From: Desulfatiglandales bacterium
GTDB lineage: Bacteria > Desulfobacterota > DSM-4660 > Desulfatiglandales > Desulfatiglandaceae
Direction: 5' to 3'
Assembly (NCBI GenBank): GCA_963662465.1
Contig: OY759599.1
Coordinates: 7,712,001-7,776,000 of the forward strand
DNA length: 64,000 nt
In this document: positions 1-10,574 of the stretch, in pieces
How the letters are laid out: every line of letters begins with the position of its first letter
How positions within the stretch are numbered: the stretch's first letter is position 1
Program-made: the position numbers and the translations under genes
The notes under the pieces: model-generated
What the model was told of the DNA's origin: nothing
The model's database searches: none
The model's input: only the letters and a program-made list of their open reading frames with translations

Positions 1-227
1 CGCCTTTCACCCTGGTGGCCTTGTTTGACAGCGTCAAGGTGGCCCTCATGATTGTACTCTCCATTCCCCTCACCCTCATCGGCGCCTCCTGGACCCTGCT
101 GTTTATTCCGATCATTTTCGTTCTGTGGATGAGAACATCAACCCTTGAAACAGAACGAGCTTTCTTCCAGAAAGCCTATCCAAAAAAGTTTCGAAACCTT
201 TTTTTCCGACAGCAGAACCGGCCTTGA
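1..227 (+). pseudogene. C-terminal remnant of an RND (AcrB/CusA-type) efflux permease, apparently internally deleted; 5' part outside window
   Basis: LFDSVKVALMIVLSIPLTLIGASWTLL resembles RND TM8-9 and runs directly into FIPIIFVLW, which resembles the last TM helix. Confidence 0.4.
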
Positions 228-1336
228 TTTCAATGCCAAGTAATGCAGTATCTTCTTGTTCAATAACAGTAATTGATCTGGCATTGTAGCGGACACCGGG
301 GAGGTACTCACGGAGGAATGCACGTATTTCTTCTCTGCATCCGGATGGGGGATAAATTGACCAACCCCCAATATGTTGTGGTCGTAGAAATTGCCGGGGG
401 CGCCATCAAAGCAAAAGCACCTATTTGACTGACGTTGCAGTATCTCAACGTTTTGGAGGTGTGAATTCTTCCGTATACCCAAAAGGTATCAAAAATGCTC
501 GAAGGATGAAATGCAGGCAGCCAATTCATGTCGTTCAACCTCCATTTAGTACAGTTTCAAAGCGAATTTTTACACCTACTATTTCTTGTAATTGTGCAGC
601 GTTTTACAATTTTCCGTTTCTATCGAAAATTTTCTTCATTTTCTGGTGAGATTCCGGGAAATTGGTCTTCGGAAGCGAAATCTGTGACTTCAACGCTGGC
701 GTATGTAACCTTCCTTCCGTTGGATATTTATAAATTTGTCGCTTTACAAGTGGTTGAAAATCAGTTTAAATTGATCAAGTGACGTGCAAGACTTATACAC
801 GTTAATCCTTTGATGAAAACATGAATTGGGAAGTTGTGAGAAAGATTGTCACCGTATCGCTAACTTTATGAGGAAAGGAAAATGAAAAGAGGAATAATTA
901 TAGCAACAGCAATACTGTTATTCTTTATCCTTAAAGATTAAAATTCCCTAACATTAGGGGTATAGAGGGCCTTTTACTTTGGCATTTGTGGGGTATGTTT
1001 GGGGGTCTGTAGAGGGGTTATTCCCAGAACCTTTGTGGGAAAAATGTTCAATGATTGCTCTGTCAGCCTTGCGCGATTTTAATGACGTTGGGGTGAGAAT
1101 GCAAGTACTCTTTTTCTGCGACCGGATAAGCGGTAAACTGACCGACCCACACATCTTCTGTTTAGCAAAAGACCATCAGGTCAGTATCCCCCAGGTTTTT
1201 TGAGCGTTGCTATATTTTGGGTTTTGGTATAAAAAATGAGTTAAGGTGAGGCTGGAATTTTTTCAAATTCGAGGTAATACTCTCTCCAAAGAAGTATGGC
1301 ATATCAGCACTTTTTATTGAGAAGGAGTTTTAATGA

Positions 1337-3535
1337 ATGAGAAAAGCATCTTTTAGATTCTCCTTAGTTTTCACTTTTCTGTTTACGATTCTATTTGCAG
1401 TTCCAACATCTGCGGTCGTTTATATCCCAGCATACGTGGGTAAGGTGACAGCAAAGAATACTCAAAACCAAACGATTGAAATTTTGGTCATAGATGGGGT
1501 CAATAACTGTCGGACAGATAAAATTGGAGAAACCCTATCGGCTGTTCCTCGCAATAGCGCTGCATTCGTTGGAGTGGAAGTTGGGGATTATGTTTCAGCC
1601 GCAGGTACCGGTACAGACTGGTATGCTATAGCCAAATTAAAATCAAAAACTGAAAGGGTCATTACTGACCTATATGGGGACATGTGGTTTGGCGGTATAT
1701 GCGCTACGTTTTCTGATCAGCTTCCATTTTTGGGAAATTACACCCTAGACCTCAATTTCACACAAAACTGTTCGACAAACTCTCCTACTATGGAAGATCC
1801 TAAAATCATAATCACAAAACCCTCTGGGGAAATCCACACAGAAAATCTCACGCTCGGTGAGTTATATAAATATAAGGATGGTCAATATGCTATCGACATT
1901 ACCTTTGAAGGTGGTTCTCCAGGGTCTTGTGCTATTGGAGCTCAAGCGATCTCAAACTTTGTAATTAGTATAACAGAGACTGAACAGACCGGTTTACCTG
2001 TTGGAACCCTCCTTTACAGAACCTCCGAGAACAACGAGATGCCGGGCAGGGTTGGTTCACCAACCAATGGCGCCCTCAATTTTCCTTATCTTCAGATTCC
2101 ATGTGCCATCTATTGCGGTATGTTGTATTCTGATGATTGGATTACAACGAGCGATAGGAAAAGAATTCTTTGGGAAAGCTGTCCTGAAGAAGAAAGACCC
2201 TTTCCACCAACTAGAACAGGTCATGTTGCCATATATATCGGTGAAATTGATGGGGAACACAAAATAATCGAAGCTGGAGGTAATTTTAAAAAAAACTTAC
2301 AAATTTTTCCACAGATTAACATTGCACCATTAAATACCTTTGTTGATGAGGGACATGGTCAAGTCTTTATCGGGGCAAAATTTCCAACAGGGATTGATGT
2401 CCATGGTCATAGTTTACCCAGCAACTGGCAAGCAAATATTGTGGGATTGGCCGAAGAGCATGAAGGTGAAAACTATGATTTAGATTTCAACCTTCAAAAA
2501 GGTGAAACTGGAGGAGATTGGATCTGTGTTGGCTTTGCAGAAAAACTATATGAAAGCTGTAATCTAGAGCCAAAACTAACAGGAGAACAGCCGTTGACAT
2601 TTTTTGAACCTTATCCCTACGGTGCAACCGGAACGCAGTTTTATGGTGGGTATGATATTACAAGGGATGGTTTTTACGATAGTGGAGAAACAGGCGGCCT
2701 AATCAACTCTTATTCTTACAGTGGAAACGACGGATATTTTAGAAGATGCGAGGAGATTTGTTCTGCTACAAATTCCTTTCAAGCTTATGTAACATTCTCG
2801 AATCACTACGAGTTCTCACGTGTAACACACCCAAGAAATGATGAATACGATACTACCTGTGGTAACAATTATAATATAGGCAGGGAAAACGATGGAAGAA
2901 TTCACATATTCTGGCCCTATACCCAGTTCAAACAGGATACCCTAAAATCCATCAGAACCACTCTCGACGCTGGAACCACCGTTGTAAATATTGTCGGAGG
3001 ACCATCAAAGGCCAACCCTGTAACCGTTTTCCCCGGGTGTGGAAAGACAGTTGAGATTGAAGTCGAAGTTATGCGAAGAGATGGTTCTAAAATAGAAAGT
3101 TCACAGCTTAAAACCAGCAACTTCGTAGTTTCTCTCGAAAAGAATGAGGATGGTCGCTGCGTAGCAATGCCCTCCATATACGATACTGTCAATAGAGAAG
3201 TTTACTTCTTTAGTACAAATATTCCTTATACATCGATAGGTTGTGGCACATATGAGATTCGTGTTGACTACAAAGACGATGCTGGCGTAGTGAGGTCCTC
3301 ATACAGTCAGGACAATGCTCTTATTATTTCGAATATTGGGGAATCAGCGGAAATTCGCAATGTTAACTTCTCTTCAGGTACAACATCCGAATACGTTTCC
3401 ACTAAATCAATTACGGTTGGTCCGGGCATAACCATTGAAGACGGTGCGTCCGTCACCCTCAAAGCACCAAAGGTCAATGTAAAGAGTGTCTCAATATTTA
3501 AAAATGGCGCCAAAGTCGAGATAAAGCAGCAGTGA
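1337..3535 (+). CDS. Secreted multidomain protein with permuted NlpC/P60 (YiiX/YebB-like) papain-fold domain and C-terminal beta-rich domain
   Basis: 732-aa ORF, RBS GAAGGAG, N-terminal signal peptide, GHVAIY ... YD ... WICVGFAEKLY (His before Cys = permuted order); C-terminal ~65 aa homologous to ORF 4136..6382. Confidence 0.7.
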   Translation: MRKASFRFSLVFTFLFTILFAVPTSAVVYIPAYVGKVTAKNTQNQTIEILVIDGVNNCRTDKIGETLSAVPRNSAAFVGVEVGDYVSAAGTGTDWYAIAKLKSKTERVITDLYGDMWFGGICATFSDQLPFLGNYTLDLNFTQNCSTNSPTMEDPKIIITKPSGEIHTENLTLGELYKYKDGQYAIDITFEGGSPGSCAIGAQAISNFVISITETEQTGLPVGTLLYRTSENNEMPGRVGSPTNGALNFPYLQIPCAIYCGMLYSDDWITTSDRKRILWESCPEEERPFPPTRTGHVAIYIGEIDGEHKIIEAGGNFKKNLQIFPQINIAPLNTFVDEGHGQVFIGAKFPTGIDVHGHSLPSNWQANIVGLAEEHEGENYDLDFNLQKGETGGDWICVGFAEKLYESCNLEPKLTGEQPLTFFEPYPYGATGTQFYGGYDITRDGFYDSGETGGLINSYSYSGNDGYFRRCEEICSATNSFQAYVTFSNHYEFSRVTHPRNDEYDTTCGNNYNIGRENDGRIHIFWPYTQFKQDTLKSIRTTLDAGTTVVNIVGGPSKANPVTVFPGCGKTVEIEVEVMRRDGSKIESSQLKTSNFVVSLEKNEDGRCVAMPSIYDTVNREVYFFSTNIPYTSIGCGTYEIRVDYKDDAGVVRSSYSQDNALIISNIGESAEIRNVNFSSGTTSEYVSTKSITVGPGITIEDGASVTLKAPKVNVKSVSIFKNGAKVEIKQQ

Positions 3536-4135
3536 AACAGATGCGCTTGAATGGTATAACCGAATGGTGGAACTTTAACCTGTAAGTTTCGAATGAATCC
3601 AGCACCATGGCTTCCCCAGACCCGCCAGGTTGGACGAAACCAAGCAGGACCGTAATCATTTCATCCATGTATGGGTTGATTTTCCGGTTGACACCCTGTT
3701 TGGTGTGGCATAGAGGATGAGCGTGGGCAAGCGGGTACCCGAACCCGTGAGAAACCCCTAGGCGAAAGCGCAGGTAGGTGAGAACCGGGAATTAGTTGGC
3801 ATGTTCTAAGGGGTGATGTTACTTGGGGCTACGGGGTCGGAGTGCTGTTTTTGTTTGGAGCCTCTTTTATAGTGAATACAATTTCTTGCTTCTTTTTTGT
3901 ATTATCATTAACAGGTTTCGGTTTATCCGAGAAATCGTGGGGACATGTGGCACCCTAACTGCGATCAGCTCCTCTGAATGATGATACCACAGTGCTTGCT
4001 TTGGCTGACGTACGTAAAACTTAAGCCAGAATTCATTTGCAAATCGAGCTACATTCTTCAAACAAGTCAATTTTCGAGATTTCCCATTTCATAATTCGGT
4101 TTGGGTTTTAACAGAAAAGAATTAACTGAGTTTCT

Positions 4136-6382
4136 TTACTGCCGTATTTTGACCACTGCCCCCTCTTTGGCATCAAAAAGGCTCTCAATAATGACTTTGT
4201 CGGCCCTTATCGTCACAACGGCACCTTTTTCCATGGTAAGGTCCTTTCCAATGGTCAGAGTTCCCCGATAAGTGTATTGACAATCAGCATTTGAAGGAAA
4301 GCTGATATTTTCAAGACGTCCCTGGGAGATGTCGGGACATGAATAGGGTGGGTATCTCCCCGGCGGAGGGGGTGGAGTCTCTTCGTCCCCTGTTGATCCC
4401 TTTTCTATCCTAACGCCCGCGGCATTTACAGGTGGAAAAATGACCGTCACACTGCCTGCTGTGAGGACCTTGATGAAATAGCCCGTCCCGCACAAAAGGG
4501 TATTGGTGCTGGTATCCAGCTTTTCGTAACCGTTATAAGGGCCATTTCCCGTGTAGTGCCACGCACATCTCTGGGTTAGATTGTTGTCCACACTGGTGAT
4601 GCCGTAGGCGTTAACTCCATCGGTTACCTGGATGTTGCCGAGATCAATGTTCGTGCTGGTCCATGGAAGGGCCGTCAGATTCCACCCTGAAGGAATGGAC
4701 ATCTCATAATTCACCCCGCTCGGCGCAATGGAACCCCGGAAAGTGACTACATCGTTGAGCATGGCGATGATCCAGAATCCCATGCCGGGGACGATATTCA
4801 AGGAGGCAAAACTTACCGAATTGATTTCAAGATAATTGGAAGCCATGTAGGCGAAAACGCGCCAGAGGCCTGGATTGTAGGCTCCAAGGACACCTTCCAT
4901 TTCCGCCAACATTTCCGCCCCTGTCATAGAGAGGGGGACGGTGAAGATTCTATAATCCGTGGTCAGGCCGGTGCCTCCTGGCAGGGGGTAGTCAAAGGTG
5001 CCTGGAGTGGTAACTGTAAGCGTTGAAGTATTACTTGTTGCATTTCCGTAACTGTTTGTTGCTACACAACGATATTTATAGCCATTCATTTCTGCAGCAG
5101 TACTTGATATGTTTAATGTGATACTCGTTGCCCCGCTGTATATCCCTTCGTCGATCACATTTCTCCATGAGACCGTAAATTCCTGCCATTGGTATGAAGT
5201 GGCATTATCGGCGGAAATAGTGAATGAAGCGCTTTCACCTGCATTAACAGAACAATCTGATGGTTGTAATGTTATTGTCGGCACTTGTGCCGCCTCAACA
5301 TTGCAGAAATCACTTGCACTTCCGCTGGGATTTGTTGCTTCTAATGTGACTTTAGCTACGGTCCCGAGCTCAGTTCCTTCAGAACATGTGACCAGGATAA
5401 CGATATCCTGTGAAGCGCTGCCAGCCAAAGTGAACGGAGATGACGGAGATTGAATGACGGCTGTCCATTCGCCCAAATCAATTGTTTCATTCAATGTTAC
5501 ACTTGTTTCTGAATCTGTTAAGTTTGTAACGGAATAGGTTAAATCAATACTGCTGCCAGGAGCAATCCGGCTGAAAATAGGTGCGGAAACCAAAAGACCG
5601 CTGACTTCCTTGGTGATAAATTTTTCAGTGGCATGGATGGTCCAAGTAGCACCGGCGGCCAGGCTTTCTTTCCTCCATTCCATGGCCATACCATTATCGG
5701 TTCCTTCATTTGGGTCGATTGCATCCGTAAGGGCATTTGCCATAACACTATTCCTTACATCCCAATAATAACGGCTTTCATATGCATAGGGAATCGTGTT
5801 GCCCTGTATGTACATATTCTGCTGCGAGGTCTCCGTTAGCATTTTCTTCACGCCAACAATATTTTCTGTCGGCTGCCAAAAACCCGCGCCATTATCTCCT
5901 CCTGAGAGATACGTATCTCCACCCGAGAAGAAACGCAAATCATTCACTGTCGCATCGGACAAATTAGTAATTTCCCATTGAAGGGTAAAATATACGGCGC
6001 CTGGTGGATAATAGGTTGTTTGCTTTATGCTAACGACATCGCTCTTTTCCAGCACCAGCTCAGCAGTGTCCGTGCTGCTGGTGTTGCTGCTGGTCGTCAG
6101 TGATGTTGCACCGCTATTATAATAACTGCCTTCAACGGCATAATCGGTTCCGTTTATATAACAGAGTGTGCTTTTGTGATTACCACCGTACCATTGTTGC
6201 TGCCAGTAGCCGTCGCTATACCGGTGAACTGACATATTACCATCGTCGTAAATGCTTATTCGAAGGGTTCCTTCGGTTTCAACGCCGCCAAGGGTTTGTG
6301 TTGTACCCTGCGCACGTACATTAAATACGGATAATAATATGAAGTTGACTAAAATAACTATGATACTTTTCATAATCTTCAT
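4136..6382 (-). CDS. Secreted/surface protein with Ig-like domains, poly-Pro linker and C-terminal beta-rich domain
   Basis: Start reassigned to ATG 6382 (RBS AGGAGG, signal peptide MKIMKSIIVILVNFILL); I-set-like ITLQP...SYQWQ...YRCVATN; TPPPPPG linker. Confidence 0.75.
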   Translation of the reverse strand: MKIMKSIIVILVNFILLSVFNVRAQGTTQTLGGVETEGTLRISIYDDGNMSVHRYSDGYWQQQWYGGNHKSTLCYINGTDYAVEGSYYNSGATSLTTSSNTSSTDTAELVLEKSDVVSIKQTTYYPPGAVYFTLQWEITNLSDATVNDLRFFSGGDTYLSGGDNGAGFWQPTENIVGVKKMLTETSQQNMYIQGNTIPYAYESRYYWDVRNSVMANALTDAIDPNEGTDNGMAMEWRKESLAAGATWTIHATEKFITKEVSGLLVSAPIFSRIAPGSSIDLTYSVTNLTDSETSVTLNETIDLGEWTAVIQSPSSPFTLAGSASQDIVILVTCSEGTELGTVAKVTLEATNPSGSASDFCNVEAAQVPTITLQPSDCSVNAGESASFTISADNATSYQWQEFTVSWRNVIDEGIYSGATSITLNISSTAAEMNGYKYRCVATNSYGNATSNTSTLTVTTPGTFDYPLPGGTGLTTDYRIFTVPLSMTGAEMLAEMEGVLGAYNPGLWRVFAYMASNYLEINSVSFASLNIVPGMGFWIIAMLNDVVTFRGSIAPSGVNYEMSIPSGWNLTALPWTSTNIDLGNIQVTDGVNAYGITSVDNNLTQRCAWHYTGNGPYNGYEKLDTSTNTLLCGTGYFIKVLTAGSVTVIFPPVNAAGVRIEKGSTGDEETPPPPPGRYPPYSCPDISQGRLENISFPSNADCQYTYRGTLTIGKDLTMEKGAVVTIRADKVIIESLFDAKEGAVVKIRQ

Positions 6383-7080
6383 AGTATGCCTCCTATTTAA
6401 ACTTTTCAACTGGGCCACTGTCAAGGAGTGAACAAGGCGTGGTATTAGCGTTGTGCCTGGTGTTTTGGATTGACTTCCTCCTCCATTTGGAGAACTATAA
6501 GTGAAGCACTGCTTGAAAATTGCCAAAGGAGCCATTAACGGTTCCTTCGATAATATAATTCGTCAATTTCAATGCGAGAATCTTGAGGCTTTCATGGGTA
6601 GACTTCAAAAAGAGGAAGATTTGCTGCAAAAGTGGATTGCTGTTGAAAACAAGGGGCTGAATAGAAAACGAAAAAATCCAACCAACTTATTCAAATAGAA
6701 GAATGTTCCGAAGAAAGTGTCAAAGAGCAATTGGCTGAAGCAGCATGAGCAAATAGCACGCTAAAAGTCTAAATTTTCAAAGAACTATTTTTCGAAAATT
6801 CAAGAAAGAATTCACGCCATCAAAAACCTGCAATATGCCTTACGTATCTACAACTGCCCTCAAATTTCTGGATCCAAATTGAAAAATCTTACCACCACAA
6901 CATATAGGGGTCAACCAATTTGCCGCTTATCCGGTTGAAGGAAAAGACTTCTATCATTACGTCAGCATTGCACAACGGCGAACAATATGCAAGACTGGGG
7001 TCTCTAATCTTCATCTTTTGTCTGTAAAATCATATAGATGTTTCGGAATGTTTCAAAAAACGCAAAAGTGGTTTACATTT

Positions 7081-7188
7081 TCAACATAATGCATTTTCAT
7101 AATGATCTAAAATTTTTCGATCTTTTGTTACCAATGGATCGTTATTCAAAGCTGCGTTTGCAACGATATGCGTATCAATGTAAATCAA
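7081..7188 (-). pseudogene. vapC: VapC/PIN toxin with large in-frame internal deletion (35 aa left)
   Basis: Own translation from TTG 7188 (RBS GAGG): MIYIDTHIVANAALNNDPLVTKDRKILDHYENALC = PIN N-terminal motif (IYxDTH) joined to PIN C-terminal motif (LVTKD); overlaps antitoxin stop. Confidence 0.75.
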
Positions 7189-7411
7189 GATTTACCTCTT
7201 TTTCCCAGCTAATGTTCACAAGATCATCTGGATTTCCTTGAATAACATTAGGTCTTGATACCAAATTCTGGAGCTTGTTGAATTTCCCGACCGGTACAAT
7301 CTTCAAGCGTTTGCTGCCCTTGTTAATTTCAATCGGCACACCACTATTCAATACTTCATCAAGCAGCTTGTAAATATTGCTTCTCAATTCTGTTGGACTG
7401 ACTGTTTTCAT
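7175..7411 (-). CDS. Phd/YefM-family antitoxin
   Basis: MKTVSPTELRSNIYKLLDEVLNSGVPIEI, typical Phd/YefM N-terminus; directly upstream of PIN remnant. Confidence 0.85.
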   Translation of the reverse strand: MKTVSPTELRSNIYKLLDEVLNSGVPIEINKGSKRLKIVPVGKFNKLQNLVSRPNVIQGNPDDLVNISWEKEVNLDLH

Positions 7412-7574
7412 GATGACCTCTCTTAACAAAGGACGTACCGCATAAATTCAAGATACGTACATGATGGACAATTTTCCCCTAATCGTCCGGAGATAATAGA
7501 TTCTTATAGAAGAGCGTTAAGATTGAAAGATAATAGCGCTGCGCACCTGTCGGTGTGAAGCGCAGTGTAATAAA

Positions 7575-8788
7575 TCAGGTGGGGTCAATCGATAACGCCC
7601 CTTTGTAAAGGGTGATATTACCCGAAATAGAATATTGTAGGACGTCTGAAGGAACAATGACCGACACACCTTTTGATAAGGGCAGAATCCGGTCCCTTTC
7701 TAAATCCTCAATCATGCCATTGCCCTCCATGCAAATCAGAATCTCAACACTCCTTTTTGTTGGGCTTCTGAAGGTCCCTTCACCTTTTAGATGGATCTCC
7801 GACAGCTGAAATTCATCCGCGGGAGTTTTATAAATCCGTTCGAAATTGTCATTGGGAAGAGGTCGCTGTTTTTGAACGGGAAAGGTGTTAAAATTGATGA
7901 TTTTAAGAAGCTCCGGCATATCCACATTTAGGGGTCAGACCGCCCCTTAGGACATTATCGGAACTGGCCATGATTTCCATTCCAACACCTGAAAGGTAGG
8001 CATGGGGCTCGCCTGCCGGCACATAGATAGCTTCACCCGGTGAAAGGACTACCAGATTCAGAAAAAGCGGCGATAATATACCCATGTCCCCAGGGTATTC
8101 GCGGTTCAATTCCAGCAGCCAGTAATAGGCGCGATCATTGCCTTCAATTCTCTCCGCGCCCTTAAGCGCTTCGTTCACCACTTGGGGCAATCGCACGGCA
8201 TCCATGGACATGAGGGCTGAAAAAAAACCGCTTCATCCCGGCAGCGTTCGGTTCTTTTCGCAATAGATCCAGTTCCGGCGGAGGGGAAGAAAGGAAAAGC
8301 CGATTCATCAGATTCAAGATGTCGTCCGGCGCACGAAAACCCTTCATGGCCTCAAAAGGTGTTACTGCGCACAGGTTCTCGGGTTTATGGGAAGCATCCT
8401 TGTAATTCCTGTTGGGGGCATCCAAAGGGATATTAAGCCGGTTTTCCCGTTCAAATCCTTCCCGCGCCTGCATCATATCAGGATGAACCTGAATGGACAG
8501 GGGACGACCAGCGGCAAGGACCTTAAACAGAAAGGGAAGTTTTTTTGAAAATCGATCGGCCGCATATTTTCCAAGAACCGATTCGGGATCCGCCGCGATG
8601 ACGTCAATAAGCGATCGCCACCGACCATCCACTTCGACCATGGAGGGGGCTTTGGGATGAGCGCCCATCCACAGTTCAGCGATTGGCGTTTCCCAGGGTT
8701 TTGGTAGGCCTAAAAGGGATTGCAGCACGGTTCCGGAGCCCCATGCATATTTCTGAACCGGATTTTTAAGGATATGGATATGTTTCAT
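7575..8788 (-). pseudogene. manA: Mannose-6-phosphate isomerase class I broken into three frames
   Basis: Motifs YAWGS, AELWMGAHP, LSIQVHP, HKPE, PHAYLSG, EIMASSDNVLRGGLTPK spread over ORFs 8162..8794, 7903..8211, 7575..7925; shifts at A8 run 8220-8227 and near 7925. Confidence 0.85.
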
Positions 8789-9041
8789 TACCATCCTCCG
8801 CAGCTTTTTTTATGGGAGAAGTGAAAAAGGCCATTTCGAGTTGAGAAATCCTTTTGCTATGAACCTTTACCCGATCCTTCCCACCACATAATATTCTTCC
8901 CTCAGTATTTTTGTATTCACCATAACGAAAAGTGGTATATGGGGCAAGGGCAAAGCCTTTCTTCCATATTGTTCCACTTGACATGGTTTGGCACTATTGC
9001 GAGCGGGTGCAATACAAAAAAGTGATGCAGGCGGGCATAAA

Positions 9042-9125
9042 GGGCGGACACATAGGTCTGCCCCTACGGGCATATCGTGAATCAAAAGATGGGGGGTGGG
9101 TAGGGGCAGACCTGTGTGTCTGCCC
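9042..9125. repeat. Inverted pair of GTAG-family REP elements (REPIN/BIME-like)
   Basis: gggcggacacataggtctgcccctac (9042-9067) and gtaggggcagacctgtgtgtctgccc (9100-9125) are near reverse complements, each an imperfect palindrome starting with GTAG; partial third copy at ~9137-9146. Confidence 0.75.
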
Positions 9126-9150
9126 TCCTAATAAGGGTGTCTGCCCGGCT

Positions 9151-9657
9151 TTATCCGTCTGCTGCCTCTTCCGGCAGTCGTACCACCAGCACAGGCGTTT
9201 TGCATCTTCTGAGGACCCGCCTTGAGGTACTTCCCATGAGCGCATCGGCCAGGCGTTTGTGGCCATGAGCGCCCATTACCACGAGGTCATACCCCCCTTC
9301 TTCTACTTCATCCAGGATCAACTCAACGGGATTTCCAGCCTTTACCATAAGGCCGTCAACGATGAAAGGGCAGGTGGGGTGTTTTGAACTCATTTCATTG
9401 CAAAAGTCCTCAAGTTTTTTGCGAAATTTTTCACGAACTTCCTCTTCATTTCGTTTCATGATTTCCTTCCACTTGGTTTCACCAATTATGTTTACAACCA
9501 GGCTCTCCCGGTAAGGCGTCAATTGTTCGAGAACGTGGAGGAGGGTAATTCCCGCTCCATATCGGTTGGCGATGCCGGCCGCGTAACCCGCAGCGTAACG
9601 GGCATTTTCGGAAAGATCCGTGGTATACAGAATCTTCTTGATTTCAGGAATTATCAT
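9151..9657 (-). CDS. Universal stress protein (UspA family)
   Basis: IKKILYTTDLSENA...LLHV...DLVVMGAHG...MGSTSRRVLRRCKTPVLVV; start reassigned to ATG 9657. Confidence 0.92.
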   Translation of the reverse strand: MIIPEIKKILYTTDLSENARYAAGYAAGIANRYGAGITLLHVLEQLTPYRESLVVNIIGETKWKEIMKRNEEEVREKFRKKLEDFCNEMSSKHPTCPFIVDGLMVKAGNPVELILDEVEEGGYDLVVMGAHGHKRLADALMGSTSRRVLRRCKTPVLVVRLPEEAADG

Positions 9658-9842
9658 TGTCCTCTCCCTTGTGCCATCAGGTCTTGGCAGAATGCGGTTG
9701 GAAAACCACACTGAATCTGCTAAGTTTTTTTCATGTAACGTATTTGTCGAGTTATAGTGTTCCGGAAGATTGAAAGGCAAGTGAAATATCGGAAATTATT
9801 TGTCTTAGATCCGCAATCCGCAATCGACAGGGGGAATCAAGT

Positions 9843-10136
9843 ATGAATGAAACCGTTGAAATCGTTGTGGGCATCTGCGCTCTGGTGGCCGTCTATATTC
9901 TCACCCGGCATTTTCATTCCTGGCGGCTTTCAAAAGCGTATGCCTTTATTATGGATGATTTGAAAAAAAAAGGCGCTACGACGCCTCTGTTGGCAGTGCA
10001 TCTTTCCTATGCCAAAAAAAATATGCTTCGCATGGGTACTCGGGATTACCGGCCAAAAGCGCTGGAACATCTCGCCATGAAACAGATCGTTGGGATGACG
10101 GAAAACGGAAGATATTTTCTGAGGAGACCCAGATAA
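9843..10136 (+). CDS. Small membrane-anchored hypothetical protein
   Basis: 97-aa ORF with RBS GGGGGA, N-terminal hydrophobic helix, followed by terminator. Confidence 0.65.
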   Translation: MNETVEIVVGICALVAVYILTRHFHSWRLSKAYAFIMDDLKKKGATTPLLAVHLSYAKKNMLRMGTRDYRPKALEHLAMKQIVGMTENGRYFLRRPR

Positions 10137-10206
10137 TTAACGGTTTCTTGAGGACTCTATAAAGCGGGGGAAATTCCTGTTTGTGGAATTCGTAAAGTTT
10201 GGCGCT

Positions 10207-10242
10207 AAAGCCGTCTCTCAGAAATGGGGACGGCTTTTTTTT
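10207..10242 (+). terminator. Rho-independent terminator (possibly bidirectional)
   Basis: aaagccgtc...gacggc followed by T9. Confidence 0.75.
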
Positions 10243-10294
10243 GTGTGGGGAAAAGGGATGAGGGCCTACAGAAGTTTAATCAGGGTGGCCACAA

Positions 10295-10574
10295 TTACAC
10301 AAAGAAGGATTTCAAAACGAGAGCGGCAATACCGGCAAGGACGAACCCCATCATCCACTTAATGACTTTGAGTTCACCGTCAAGTCGGCTGATATCGTTT
10401 TTCAAGGAAAATTCAAGCTCTTTGAGGTCCTGTCTGGTGGAGATGCGGTCTTCAAGGATTTCTGTTAAAGACTCTTTCTGCGCTTCAGAAAGTGCCTCAG
10501 CCTGTGCATCGTCGAAACCAGCGGACTTCAGCCTTGATATATGCGTGCGTGTCAAACGTAACGGTGGCGCCCAT
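10295..10574 (-). pseudogene. DUF1640/CCDC90-family coiled-coil membrane protein, frameshifted near codon 14
   Basis: ATG 10574 gives MGATVTFDTHAYIK, continuing in another frame as RLKSAGFDDAQAEAL...TRQDL...IKWMMGFVLAG. Confidence 0.75.

Noticed and set aside
138..1203. Short ORFs upstream of the NlpC/P60 gene
   Set aside because: No recognisable motifs, conflicting frames; probably decayed sequence
3867..4070. Possible decayed IS3-family integrase C-terminus (WLKFYVRQPKQALWY)
   Set aside because: Resemblance too short and degenerate; no terminal repeats seen
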